Shown: positions 10,141-19,241, numbered from the stretch's first letter. The stretch: DNA of 64,000 nt from Acidimicrobiales bacterium (GCA_028823445.1 JAPKBH010000008.1:106-64105); one strand, 5' to 3'. The notes: generated from the sequence alone by a model not told the origin. Made by a program: numbers and translations.

Positions 10141-11561
10141 TCAGCGAGACCCTGTTCGGGTCGCAACGTAGGAAAAAGAATCACGTCGCGAATAGCGGTG
10201 GTGTCGGCTAGCAACATGACCAAGCGGTCCATGCCGATACCCAACCCACCGGTGGGGGGCAGGCCGTAGTCCAAAGCTCGCAAATAGTCTTCGTCGACCA
10301 CCATGGCCTCGGCATCGCCGGCTGCTTTTTCAGATTCTTGGGCCGAGAAGCGGTTGCGTTGCTCTTCAGGGTCCACTAATTCGCTAAAAGCGTTGCAGAG
10401 TTCTCGCCCGGCCACGATGCCTTCAAAACGTTCAACCCAACCGGGCTGGTCGCGGTGATCTCGCGAGAGCGGTGACACTTCTTGCGGGTAGTCGGTAACG
10501 AAAATAGGGCCCCATAATTTAGGCTCGGTGGTTTTTTCGTAAAGTTCCAAAATTAATTTACCCGGTCCGTAATGATCTTTTACTGGCACCTCATGTTGCT
10601 CGCACATAGCAACCAGCTCTTCACGTGGGGTATCTAAATCAACATCGAGACCGGCATGTTCTAAAAGTAGTTCCCGCATGGTGGCCCGTCGCCAAGGAAC
10701 AGAAAGGTCAAGGTCTTGCCCGTCATAGGTGAGGCTGGTGGTTCCTAAAATTTCTTGAGCCAAGTGGGCTACCAACTCTTCGACCAGCACCATGATGTCG
10801 GTGTAATCGGCGTACGCCTGGTAGAGCTCCAACATGGTGAACTCAGGGTTGTGTCGGGTAGAGAGCCCTTCGTTGCGGAAAACCCGGGCGATCTCAAATA
10901 CCCGTTCAAAGCCGCCCACCACCAGGCGCTTTAGATAAAGCTCGGGAGCGATACGCAAGTAAAGGTCTAGATCTAACGCATTGTGATGAGTAGTGAAAGG
11001 TCGCGCTAACGCACCGCCGGGGATGGGGTGAAACACTGGGGTTTCTACTTCTAAGAAATCTTTTTCTTCTAGCCAACGGCGGGTCAGCGACATCACTTTG
11101 CTGCGCAATAAAAAAGTCTGGCGGGCCTCTTCGGTCACCCACAGGTCTACGTAACGTTGGCGGTAACGGGTGTCGGTATCAGAAATGCCATGCCATTTGT
11201 CGGGAAACGATCGACGGGCCTCCGCCAGACGCACCCATTGGGCCACCCTTACCGATAGTTCTCCCCGTCGGGTTTTAATGACCTCACCGGTCACCCCCAC
11301 CCAGTCGCCTAAATGCAGCGCACTGAAGTCAGAAAACTCCGGAGTGGTTTTTTCTTGAGCGAAAAGTTGAATACGCCCCGTGGCGTCTTGCAGGGTGCCA
11401 AAAACTAAGCGCCCTTGATCGCGTTTAAGCATGAGCCGCCCGGCCACCGTGACCTCCAGCCCGGTGCTTTCACCATCAGCTAGGTCAGCGTAAGTTTTTT
11501 GCAGATCTCCCGCATGGTCGGTGGGGTCAAAACGGTGCGGGATAGTTTGTTCACTCATCAA
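10137..11561 (-). CDS. lysS: lysine--tRNA ligase (class II)
   Basis: 474 aa. N-terminal OB anticodon-binding region and class II core motifs (FRNEG, GLGIGMDRLVM). Synteny with coaX and clpC as in other actinobacteria. Confidence 0.95.
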   Translation of the reverse strand: MMSEQTIPHRFDPTDHAGDLQKTYADLADGESTGLEVTVAGRLMLKRDQGRLVFGTLQDATGRIQLFAQEKTTPEFSDFSALHLGDWVGVTGEVIKTRRGELSVRVAQWVRLAEARRSFPDKWHGISDTDTRYRQRYVDLWVTEEARQTFLLRSKVMSLTRRWLEEKDFLEVETPVFHPIPGGALARPFTTHHNALDLDLYLRIAPELYLKRLVVGGFERVFEIARVFRNEGLSTRHNPEFTMLELYQAYADYTDIMVLVEELVAHLAQEILGTTSLTYDGQDLDLSVPWRRATMRELLLEHAGLDVDLDTPREELVAMCEQHEVPVKDHYGPGKLILELYEKTTEPKLWGPIFVTDYPQEVSPLSRDHRDQPGWVERFEGIVAGRELCNAFSELVDPEEQRNRFSAQESEKAAGDAEAMVVDEDYLRALDYGLPPTGGLGIGMDRLVMLLADTTAIRDVILFPTLRPEQGLAD

Positions 11562-12355
11562 GATTGGTCCTGGTTGCGTTGATACACGAGACGCAGCCCG
11601 TGCAAGGTCAAAAATGGTTCTACGTGTTCAATAGTGCGGGCCACCGGAGCGATCAGATGGGCCAAGCCGCCAGTAGCCACCACCGTGCAGGTATCAAGTT
11701 CGGCCCGAAAGCGCTCCACCATGCCATCTATCTGTGCGGCAAAACCATAGATGGCCCCCGACTGCAGCGACTCTTTGGTGCTTTTCCCAATCACGTTTCG
11801 GGGCTCCACCAACTCAATAGCCCCCAGAGCAGCGGCCTTACCAAACAAGGCGTCCAAACTGATTTCGATGCCGGGGGCAATAGCGCCGCCCATGAACTCA
11901 CCTTTGGCAGAGATCACATCAAAGTTGTTGCCGGTGCCGAAGTCCACCACCACCAGTGGTCCGCCGTACAAGTCGAAGGCGGCCACCGCATTGGCAATAC
12001 GGTCGGCTCCTACTTCTCGAGGGTTGTCGTAAAGGATGGGCATCCCGGTGCGTACTCCGGGTTCGATAACCACTGGTTCTTGGTTTCCGTGGCGTTCTAC
12101 CATTTGGCGCAAACTGGCCAACACTCGGGGCACCCCGGCACACATGGCGACATTATCTACATCGAAGGTGAAGCCCGAGGCCTCTAAAAGATTGCGAATA
12201 ATTACTGCATGTTCGTCAGCGGTGCGGTCTGCATCGGTGGCGATACGCCAGTGGTCGAGCAAACCCGCCCCGGCACCGTTGCCCGAAGCATTGTCGTCTT
12301 GGTAAAGACCGATAACCGTTTGGGTGTTGCCGACGTCAATGGTTAAAAGCATCAA
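11558..12355 (-). CDS. coaX: type III pantothenate kinase
   Basis: 265 aa. Starts MLLTIDVGNTQTVIGLY (CoaX ASKHA fold), with VVVDFGTGNNFD and ATGG motifs. RBS AAGGAGA upstream. Overlaps the lysS start. Confidence 0.94.
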   Translation of the reverse strand: MMLLTIDVGNTQTVIGLYQDDNASGNGAGAGLLDHWRIATDADRTADEHAVIIRNLLEASGFTFDVDNVAMCAGVPRVLASLRQMVERHGNQEPVVIEPGVRTGMPILYDNPREVGADRIANAVAAFDLYGGPLVVVDFGTGNNFDVISAKGEFMGGAIAPGIEISLDALFGKAAALGAIELVEPRNVIGKSTKESLQSGAIYGFAAQIDGMVERFRAELDTCTVVATGGLAHLIAPVARTIEHVEPFLTLHGLRLVYQRNQDQS

Positions 12356-12374
12356 CGTTCTCCTTGCCGTGTTG

Positions 12375-12398
12375 AAAAAATGGAACCGCCTAAGCGGT
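12375..12398 (-). terminator. weak candidate intrinsic terminator downstream of nadC
   Basis: On the minus strand: ACCGC-TTAG-GCGGT hairpin, then TCCA and TTTTTT. The stem is only 5 bp and the T-tract is offset by 4 nt, so support is weak. Confidence 0.25.
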
Positions 12399-12410
12399 GA
12401 AATACTAATT

Positions 12411-12470
12411 GGTTAGGTATCAAGTGGTTAGGTATCAAGTGGTTAGGTATCAAGAGGTTAGACGTCAAGA
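12411..12470. repeat. tandem direct repeat, 4 copies of a 15-bp unit (GGTTAGGTATCAAGT)
   Basis: Copies at 12411-12425 and 12426-12440 are identical. Copy 3 (12441-12455) has 1 mismatch and copy 4 (12456-12470) has 4. The repeat is intergenic, between the nadC stop and the coaX start. Confidence 0.95.
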
Positions 12471-12488
12471 GGTGTCCTTCGGGCCACT

Positions 12489-13346
12489 TTAAAGATCGAG
12501 GCCGATATCTAAGGCCGGGGCGCTGTTGGTGAGTGACCCGCTAGAGATGCAATCCACTCCGGTGGCCGCATATTCGGCCAAAACTTCAAAGGTGATTCCC
12601 CCGGAGGCTTCAAGAAGCGGGCGCCTTCCGTGCTGTTGTTCAAAGGCTTGAGCGGCGGCCACACATTCTTTCACCACCGCTGGAGTCATGTTGTCGAGAA
12701 GCAAAGCGTCGGCCCCGGCCGCCGTGGCTTCTTGCGCCTGTTCTGGAGAATCGCATTCCACATGCACCGTCCGTCCGGGCCATTTTTGTTTAGCTTGGGC
12801 CACCGCCGAGGAAATGTCGGTACCGGTGAGGTGGTTATCTTTAAGCATCACCCAGTCGCTGAGGTTGGCCCGGTGATTGGCTCCCCCGCCGGCTCGCACG
12901 GCGGCTTTTTCTAGGGCCCGCAACCCTGGGGTGGTTTTACGGGTGTCCCACACCACGGCGCCGCCCGCCGCTTCGGCTACCCAGTGGGCCACCACGGTGG
13001 CGATACCTGAGAGGTGGCTGAGGTAATTCAGTGCGGTCCGCTCGGCGGTAAGCACCGTAGCCAGCGGGCCTTCGAGGCGAGCTAACACTTGGCCGGCTTC
13101 TATTTTCTCACCTTCGGCAACTTCCCAGGTCACCGCAATAGTGGCGTCAATTTGACGGAACGCCTCGGTGGCGCAAGCAGTTCCGGCCAGAACCCCATCT
13201 TGACGGGCGGCCAGGACGCCGCGGGCTTTTGCTTCGGCGGGCACTAAAGCAGCCGTGAGGTCGCCTAAAGGGGTGAGATCTTCTTGCAGAGCGCGGCGCA
13301 CCGAGGCTTCTACTTCGATCTGTGGGGGGTGCAAATACAAAACCAT
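12489..13346 (-). CDS. nadC: nicotinate-nucleotide diphosphorylase (carboxylating), quinolinate phosphoribosyltransferase
   Basis: 285 aa. QPRTase features: LTAERTALNYLSHLSGIAT, TRKTTPGLR, KDNH, and C-terminal EASGGI...GVDCISSG. Confidence 0.94.
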   Translation of the reverse strand: MVLYLHPPQIEVEASVRRALQEDLTPLGDLTAALVPAEAKARGVLAARQDGVLAGTACATEAFRQIDATIAVTWEVAEGEKIEAGQVLARLEGPLATVLTAERTALNYLSHLSGIATVVAHWVAEAAGGAVVWDTRKTTPGLRALEKAAVRAGGGANHRANLSDWVMLKDNHLTGTDISSAVAQAKQKWPGRTVHVECDSPEQAQEATAAGADALLLDNMTPAVVKECVAAAQAFEQQHGRRPLLEASGGITFEVLAEYAATGVDCISSGSLTNSAPALDIGLDL

Positions 13347-13399
13347 GCCTTAAGCCTGCCGCCCCCGGCCACCGCTGCCAACACGGGCCTGCAACCCGG

Positions 13400-14974
13400 T
13401 CATGCGTTGACCACCAAACGGAGGGCAAATGCAGGGTCGGTGGCCAAAAAATCTTGCCTGGTATGAGCACCTCGTGATTCTTGTCGGGTCAAAGCGGCCA
13501 CTACCAGAGCCGTGGCCAAGGTGATGAGGTTTGCCGTTTCTGCGGCCGCCGGGCTGTCGGTGGCTTTGGGGCAACGGACAGCCAAAGCATTAATGCGGGT
13601 GACTGCTTCGGTCAGTGAGTTCTCGTTCCGAACTACCCCGGCGTAGCGGGTCATAGTTTGTTGTAGCTCTTTTCGTAAACCCTGCGGGTCGTCGCTTCCT
13701 GTCATGGCCGGAAAACACACCGACAACTTTTTTACCCCCGGGCGAGGCGTCTCTTGGGGCGTCAAAAGAGCGGCCAGTGGGCCCGTAGCTTCTGGGCCGT
13801 CTTTTCCGGCAGCCACCGCCTCCACGACCCGGGCCCCATAAACCATCCCGTCGAGTAGCGAGTTTGAGGCCAAGCGGTTTGCTCCGTGTACCCCCACGCA
13901 AGCCACCTCGCCGGCTGCCCAAAGGCCGGGCAGGCTTGAGGCCCCTTGCAAATCAGTTACTACCCCGCCGCACAGGTAATGCGCTGCGGGGGCCACCGGT
14001 AACCAATCTTTTGCCGGGTCTAAGCCAAGTTTTTCTAGGTCGGCGGCAATGGTGGGAAAACGAGTCGAAAAAGAAGCCAGCCCGGTGGCATCTAGCCAGA
14101 GGTGTTCTGCTTCTTGGTCAAACATCCGTTGGGTCATAGCCCGAGACACCACATCTCGGGGCGCCAACTCGTCGACGAACGATTCACCGTCACGGTCACG
14201 CAATAGTGCTCCGTGGCCCCGCAATGCTTCAGAAAGCAAGGGCCGCGGCATGCGGTCGTGGTGAAGCGCCGTGGGGTGGAATTGCACAAACTCCACGTCG
14301 GCCACCGCCACCCCTGCCCGAAGGGCCATAGCCACCCCGTCGCCGGTGGCTTCCAAAGGGTTGGTGGTCACGGCGAACAGTTGCCCGGCCCCGCCGGCCG
14401 CCAGCAGAACTTGAGGCGCCCGAACCTGATGGTTTTCCCCGTGTTGGTCAAGAACTTGTACCCCCACGCATCGGCCGTCTTCCACCACCAAGTCGGTAAC
14501 GAAATGGTTTTCGCGTAATTCAGTGGCGGTGGCTTTGACGGCCGCTACCAGCGCTCGTTCAATCTCCACGCCGGTGGCGGCCCCTCCCGCATGAACCACC
14601 CGGGCCGTGGAGTGCCCGCCCTCTTGGGCCAGCAAAAGTTTTCCGGTTTCGTCACGATCAAACACGGCGCCGCGGGCGATGAGGTCCAGTACCCGACCGG
14701 GCCCTTCGTCAACTAAAACCCTGACTGCTTTTTCGTCACACAGCCCTACCCCAGCGGCCAAAGTGTCTGCCAGGTGGAGGTCGGTGGAGTCAGGGTCGCC
14801 GCTCAAAACGGCCGCTACTCCTCCTTGCGCCCATCGGGTGGTGGTTTGTTCTAACTGCCCTTTAGTTACTACCCCGACCACTAAACCTAAATCGGCGGCC
14901 AGTACCGCCGCCGAGAGGCCCGCTACTCCGCTACCGATTACTAACAAATCAAGTGGTTGCTCAACAGGAGCCAT
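13400..14974 (-). CDS. nadB: L-aspartate oxidase
   Basis: FAD motif DLLVIGSGVAGLSAA right after the internal ATG at 14974. Also RWAQGG, HPTAL and GLWAAGEVA motifs. The ORF-track start at 15115 would overlap panC by 155 nt, so the shorter start is preferred. Confidence 0.93.
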   Translation of the reverse strand: MAPVEQPLDLLVIGSGVAGLSAAVLAADLGLVVGVVTKGQLEQTTTRWAQGGVAAVLSGDPDSTDLHLADTLAAGVGLCDEKAVRVLVDEGPGRVLDLIARGAVFDRDETGKLLLAQEGGHSTARVVHAGGAATGVEIERALVAAVKATATELRENHFVTDLVVEDGRCVGVQVLDQHGENHQVRAPQVLLAAGGAGQLFAVTTNPLEATGDGVAMALRAGVAVADVEFVQFHPTALHHDRMPRPLLSEALRGHGALLRDRDGESFVDELAPRDVVSRAMTQRMFDQEAEHLWLDATGLASFSTRFPTIAADLEKLGLDPAKDWLPVAPAAHYLCGGVVTDLQGASSLPGLWAAGEVACVGVHGANRLASNSLLDGMVYGARVVEAVAAGKDGPEATGPLAALLTPQETPRPGVKKLSVCFPAMTGSDDPQGLRKELQQTMTRYAGVVRNENSLTEAVTRINALAVRCPKATDSPAAAETANLITLATALVVAALTRQESRGAHTRQDFLATDPAFALRLVVNA

Positions 14975-15845
14975 AGCGCTCCCCTTCTTGAACGGCACGG
15001 TTATCCAACAGTCGGGTTGCCCCAAAACACCCGGCCACCAACAAACGAGCATCTGCTTCAAAGTCCTCGACGGGCTGCAATGACTGTGGGTCCACCACTG
15101 CACAGTAATCAACAATCAACGCATCAGCGGTTTTCAAGACCTCGGTCATGGCTGCTTCTACTTTGAGTCGATTCGTTGCACCGTTGGTTATTAAATCAGC
15201 TCCGACTTTTAACGCTTGATAAAGAACCGGGGCTTGATCTCGTTGGGTCGCCGTGAGATAAACGTTGCGGCTAGAAAGCGCCAACCCATCTGTTTCTCGC
15301 CAAGTAGGGCAGCCCACTACCGACACCGGAAGGTTGAGATCTCGCACCAGTTGCTGCACCACGGCCAGTTGTTGAAAATCTTTTTCTCCGAAAAAGGCTT
15401 GGCAGGGACCCACCAAAGAAAAAAGAGCGGCCACCACGGTAGCGACCCCTGCGAAATGATCGGGACGGTTTGCTCCTTCCCACAGCCCAGCCACCTCACT
15501 TACCGGTACCGGTGTGCGGGGGAGCGCTTTTTGCATTTCTTCAACCGAAGGGTGAAAAACCAAATCAACTCCCTGAGCAACGCACAAAGCCGAATCTGCC
15601 ACAAAGTCTCTCGGGTAAGTAGCGAGATCTTCGCTCGGGGAAAACTGCAACGGGTTGACGTAGATCGAAACAACGGTGAAGTCACACGCCGCAACGGAGG
15701 CTTTCATCAACGAACTGTGCCCAGCATGTAAACCTCCCATGGTGGGAACAAACCCTATTTTTTGGCCGTCTTGGCCGGCCAAAGCAAGTTGCGCTTGAAG
15801 GTCCTCAGCGGTGGTGACCGTGGCCACCGGGGTTTCTGTAGCCAT
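14961..15845 (-). CDS. panC: pantoate--beta-alanine ligase
   Basis: 294 aa. HIGH-like PTMGGLHAGHSSLM, and the FGEKDFQQ and SSRN motifs of PanC. TAATG junction with folK. Confidence 0.95.
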   Translation of the reverse strand: MATETPVATVTTAEDLQAQLALAGQDGQKIGFVPTMGGLHAGHSSLMKASVAACDFTVVSIYVNPLQFSPSEDLATYPRDFVADSALCVAQGVDLVFHPSVEEMQKALPRTPVPVSEVAGLWEGANRPDHFAGVATVVAALFSLVGPCQAFFGEKDFQQLAVVQQLVRDLNLPVSVVGCPTWRETDGLALSSRNVYLTATQRDQAPVLYQALKVGADLITNGATNRLKVEAAMTEVLKTADALIVDYCAVVDPQSLQPVEDFEADARLLVAGCFGATRLLDNRAVQEGERYGSC

Positions 15846-16324
15846 TAGGAACTAAGGGTTAGCGGGCCAATGGCTGCCACTTGGGCCGCATCAGCCGCCA
15901 TAATCTCTGCCGCCCCAGGCAGCGAAGCCACCAACTCTGGGGCCACATCACAAAAAGGAATCAACACAAAAGCCCGCTGGTGCATCCGAGGGTGCGGGAC
16001 TACCAAGTCGGGTTCGTCAACCTCTTCACCATCTATCCACAATAAATCAACGTCGAGAGTACGGGGGCCCCACCGTTCATCTCGCACGCGCTGAGCAGCC
16101 TTTTCGCTTTCTTGACAAAGTTGCAAAAGTTGCCGAGGGGTGCGGTCGGTCAGCAACTGCGCCACACAGTTCAGGTACGGGCCCTGTTCTGGGCCGCCGA
16201 CCGGAGCCGTTTCGTAAACGCCAGAAACCTCTGCCACATCGGGCAAGCCAGCCACCGCTTCTTGAAGAAAAGCCGCCCGGTCCCCAAGGTTTGACCCTAA
16301 ACCTAGGTAGGCGAACCTTTTCAT
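15845..16324 (-). CDS. folK: 2-amino-4-hydroxy-6-hydroxymethyldihydropteridine diphosphokinase
   Basis: 159 aa. Motifs AYLGLGSNLGDR, RWGPRTLDVDLL, PHPRMHQRAFVL. Confidence 0.95.
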   Translation of the reverse strand: MKRFAYLGLGSNLGDRAAFLQEAVAGLPDVAEVSGVYETAPVGGPEQGPYLNCVAQLLTDRTPRQLLQLCQESEKAAQRVRDERWGPRTLDVDLLWIDGEEVDEPDLVVPHPRMHQRAFVLIPFCDVAPELVASLPGAAEIMAADAAQVAAIGPLTLSS

Positions 16325-16683
16325 AGCGGGCGGTGAATTCTCACCCCGCTGGTGGCGAGATCTTGAGGCACCGGAGGGCGAAGTTTGTGCACCGTCACTG
16401 TGACCTCTTTTACTTGCTCAAATTCTAGAATTTTTTCGGCGACTCGTCCGGCGCAACGCTCAAGTAGATCAAAGCGTTCGTCTTTGATAATGCTCTCCAC
16501 CAGTTCACAAAGAGCCCCATAGTTCACCGTGTCGTGAAGGTCGTCGCTTAAAGAAGCGGCCGTTAAATCAAGGTACACGTCAAGGTCAAACGACAACGGT
16601 TGGCGCCGTTTGAGTTCTTCAGGGAGAAGCCCACAAAGGGCCAACATGGTTAATCCCCGTAGTTCAATACGGTCATTCAGCAT
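16321..16683 (-). CDS. folB: dihydroneopterin aldolase
   Basis: IELRGL start of the FolB fold, with DTVNYG and VHKLRPP motifs. The ORF track extends to 16719. The ATG at 16683 (MLNDRIELRGL) is preferred. Overlaps the folK start. Confidence 0.9.
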   Translation of the reverse strand: MLNDRIELRGLTMLALCGLLPEELKRRQPLSFDLDVYLDLTAASLSDDLHDTVNYGALCELVESIIKDERFDLLERCAGRVAEKILEFEQVKEVTVTVHKLRPPVPQDLATSGVRIHRPL

Positions 16684-17191
16684 CTTGATTCTCGTCAAGA
16701 TGCTGAACAATAAGGTCAACGATGCGGCGACCAGGAGTACCTAGCGGTCGTTCCATGATCTGTTCAATCGCCCCAATGGCATGGGGGCCGGTGGTCACCA
16801 GTTTAGTGGCCAACAAGTAAGCGGCCATAAGGCCGCAAACCGTTTCGTTGAGTTCTTCTCGGTGCACGATAATGCGTCCCCCGTTGGCCGTTAAGGTGGC
16901 CAGACGGTTAATGACCTGAAGCAAACGCCCAATACCTTCTTCGGCCCCACCAAAAGGTTCGTGGGCCCAGCGCACTACCAAATCATCGTAGTTATGCAAG
17001 TTGTGTTCGCTAGACAACAACGACACCACAACGTCAAAATCATTTTCACGTATCCAAATAATTTCTTCTTGGCGACGCACCTTTCTATGGCTTACTCCGC
17101 ACCCTCCGGGGCGTTCACAAACCGCGAGGTGGTCTTTAATGATCCAACAGAAGCCGCGTGGCACAATGCCTTGTGCCCATTTACCTCTCAT
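16673..17191 (-). CDS. dual-specificity-phosphatase-fold protein lacking the catalytic Cys/Arg P-loop (putative pseudophosphatase), function unknown
   Basis: 172 aa, with a strong RBS (GGGAGGA, 4 nt before the ATG). The layout resembles DSP/PTP: a VVSLL block, HEPF loop, IIVHREELNETVCGLMAAYLL, and IEQIMERP. Where family members have HCxxGxxR(S/T), this protein reads HREELNET. Its stop overlaps the folB start. Confidence 0.6.
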   Translation of the reverse strand: MRGKWAQGIVPRGFCWIIKDHLAVCERPGGCGVSHRKVRRQEEIIWIRENDFDVVVSLLSSEHNLHNYDDLVVRWAHEPFGGAEEGIGRLLQVINRLATLTANGGRIIVHREELNETVCGLMAAYLLATKLVTTGPHAIGAIEQIMERPLGTPGRRIVDLIVQHLDENQDAE

Positions 17192-17285
17192 TGGTTCCTC
17201 CCTCTATCGGACGGGGATTCCGGCAAATACCAGAAGCCATGAAATTACCTCGCCCATCTTGTACCAACAAAACCCGTACGGCAAC

Positions 17286-18059
17286 TTAACCAACCATTTT
17301 TGCTGCTTGGACGGTGATTGCTACCTCATGGGCCCGCACCATGGCTGCCCCTTTATGGAAGGCCCAGATAGCGATCGCTACCGACCCTTCTTTTCGATCA
17401 GCTGGTTCGGTCGGGCCGAGCAGGCCGTCGCTCTTTCCTAAGATTTCACCTAAAAAGCGTTTTCTGCTGGCTCCTACCACCACCGGCCAACCGGTTTCTA
17501 CCAAACAGTCAAGATGGGCCAGCAAGGTCAGATTGTGGGCGGTTGTTTTACCAAAACCCAAACCGGGGTCGAGCCAAACTTCGGTGGCTCCGGCCGCTTG
17601 CGCCGCCTCGGCTCGCTGCACCAGATAGTCCCTTACTTCTTGCACCACATCGTCGTATTGCGGTTCTTCCTGCATGGTGCGTGGGTCACCTTGCATGTGC
17701 ATGGCTACCCAACCCACTTTTAATTGGCCTGCGAGCTCACCTAAAGAAGCGCTGACATCGTTAATGAGCGTCGCCCCAGCATCCACGGCGGCTCGCGCCA
17801 CTTCGCTATGACGAGTATCGACCGACACTTTTACTTGGCCAACCAGACCGGCGATAACCGGTAACACGCGTTTTATTTCTTCGTCGGCCCCTACCGGGTT
17901 AGCGCCCGGGCGGGTGGACTCTCCGCCTACGTCAATAACGTCGGCTCCTTCTGCAACAAGTTTTTTGGCATGAGAAAGAGCGGCCTGGTGATCCAGGAAC
18001 TGGCCGCCGTCAGAAAAAGAATCCGGCGTTACGTTTACTACTCCCATTACTTTGGTCAT
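17286..18059 (-). CDS. folP: dihydropteroate synthase
   Basis: VMGVVNVTPDSFSDGG, DVGGESTRPG and DPGLGFGKT motifs. The ORF track starts at a TTG at 18107. The ATG at 18059 (MTKVMGV) gives a typical short N-terminus. Confidence 0.93.
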   Translation of the reverse strand: MTKVMGVVNVTPDSFSDGGQFLDHQAALSHAKKLVAEGADVIDVGGESTRPGANPVGADEEIKRVLPVIAGLVGQVKVSVDTRHSEVARAAVDAGATLINDVSASLGELAGQLKVGWVAMHMQGDPRTMQEEPQYDDVVQEVRDYLVQRAEAAQAAGATEVWLDPGLGFGKTTAHNLTLLAHLDCLVETGWPVVVGASRKRFLGEILGKSDGLLGPTEPADRKEGSVAIAIWAFHKGAAMVRAHEVAITVQAAKMVG

Positions 18060-18087
18060 GCGTATCTCAAAACCTGAGCGATGACCG

Positions 18088-18669
18088 TCAGCGCCGTAAA
18101 GGCTCAATAAAACGCATCGCTTCGGAGCGGGTCGCCATGTCGGTGCGGAATATTCCTCGTACTGCCGACGTTACGGTCACCGCTCCCGGCTTTTTTACGC
18201 CTCGCATAGACATGCATAAATGCTCGGCTTCAATGACTACCAGAGTCCCTTGGGGGTCCAGAGTTGTTTGAATGGCTTCCGCTATTTGCGAAGTTAAGCG
18301 TTCTTGTACTTGAAGGCGGCTAGCGAAACCGTCTACTAAGCGAGCCACCTTAGAAAGCCCAGCGATGCGCCCTTCTTTTTTCGGGATGTAAGCCACGTGG
18401 GCGCTGCCAAAAAAGGGAACCATGTGGTGTTCGCACAGCGAATAAAATGGAATGTCTTTAACCATGACCATTTCGTCGTGGTCTACGTCGAAGGTTTTGC
18501 TTAGATGGTCAGCCGGGTTTTCGGCGATGCCTTTACACACTTCGGCATACATGCGAGCCACCCGGGACGGGGTGTCGGTGAGACCATCACGCTGCGGGTC
18601 TTCACCCAATGCCGCCAATATTTCTTTTACCGCCGCTTCGATGCGGGGAAGGTCAACTGATTCGCTCAT
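18088..18669 (-). CDS. folE: GTP cyclohydrolase I
   Basis: 193 aa. Motifs [12 protein letters not shown] and [14 protein letters not shown]. Its start shares one base with the hpt stop. Confidence 0.96.
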   Translation of the reverse strand: MSESVDLPRIEAAVKEILAALGEDPQRDGLTDTPSRVARMYAEVCKGIAENPADHLSKTFDVDHDEMVMVKDIPFYSLCEHHMVPFFGSAHVAYIPKKEGRIAGLSKVARLVDGFASRLQVQERLTSQIAEAIQTTLDPQGTLVVIEAEHLCMSMRGVKKPGAVTVTSAVRGIFRTDMATRSEAMRFIEPLRR

Positions 18670-19232
18670 TACTCGTCGGTTTCAGTTTCGATGACCCGAA
18701 TATCGGAGAGGTTGCGGTAATGCTGGGCCACGTCAAGGCCGTAGCCGACCACAAATTCTGGAGGGATGCGAAAGCCTTCATAGCGCAGAATTGACTCGTC
18801 GAGCTGATGGTCGTTATGCACTAACAAGGCACAAACTTCTAGGCTGGCTGGGTTGCGGGCCAAAAGGTTTTTGCGCAGATAACTCAAGGTCAGGCCGCTA
18901 TCTACGATGTCTTCAACAATGATCACGTCGCGACCGGCCAGGTCAAGGTCCAAGTCTTTGACAATGCGCACCACCCCAGAGGACCGGGTGGAATGCCCAT
19001 AAGAAGACACCGCCATGAAGTCGAGTTCTACCGGTAGGTCGATGGCTCGTGCCAGATCGCTCATAAACATGAACGCCCCTTTGAGTACCCCCACCAGCAA
19101 CGGGGAACGGCCGGCGTAGTCGGCGGTGATCTCTCGACCTAAAACCGTTACTCGTTTGGCGAGGTCTTCAGCCGAAACCAAAACCCTTCCGGGGGCGGGG
19201 ATGTCTGGGTTGTTCGACTGGTAAGCGCTCAT
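18669..19232 (-). CDS. hpt: hypoxanthine phosphoribosyltransferase
   Basis: 187 aa. PRPP-binding motif [14 protein letters not shown] and flexible loop SSYG. Confidence 0.95.
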   Translation of the reverse strand: MSAYQSNNPDIPAPGRVLVSAEDLAKRVTVLGREITADYAGRSPLLVGVLKGAFMFMSDLARAIDLPVELDFMAVSSYGHSTRSSGVVRIVKDLDLDLAGRDVIIVEDIVDSGLTLSYLRKNLLARNPASLEVCALLVHNDHQLDESILRYEGFRIPPEFVVGYGLDVAQHYRNLSDIRVIETETDE

Positions 19233-19241
19233 GACCTGACC

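Noticed and set aside
12411-12470. Possible CRISPR array
   Set aside because: The repeats are only 15 bp and directly abutting, with no spacers, and there are no cas genes. This is a simple tandem repeat.
14975-15115. N-terminal 47 residues of the ORF-track version of nadB
   Set aside because: The extension overlaps panC by 155 nt and is Trp/Cys-rich nonsense. The FAD-binding GSGVAG motif follows directly after the ATG at 14974.
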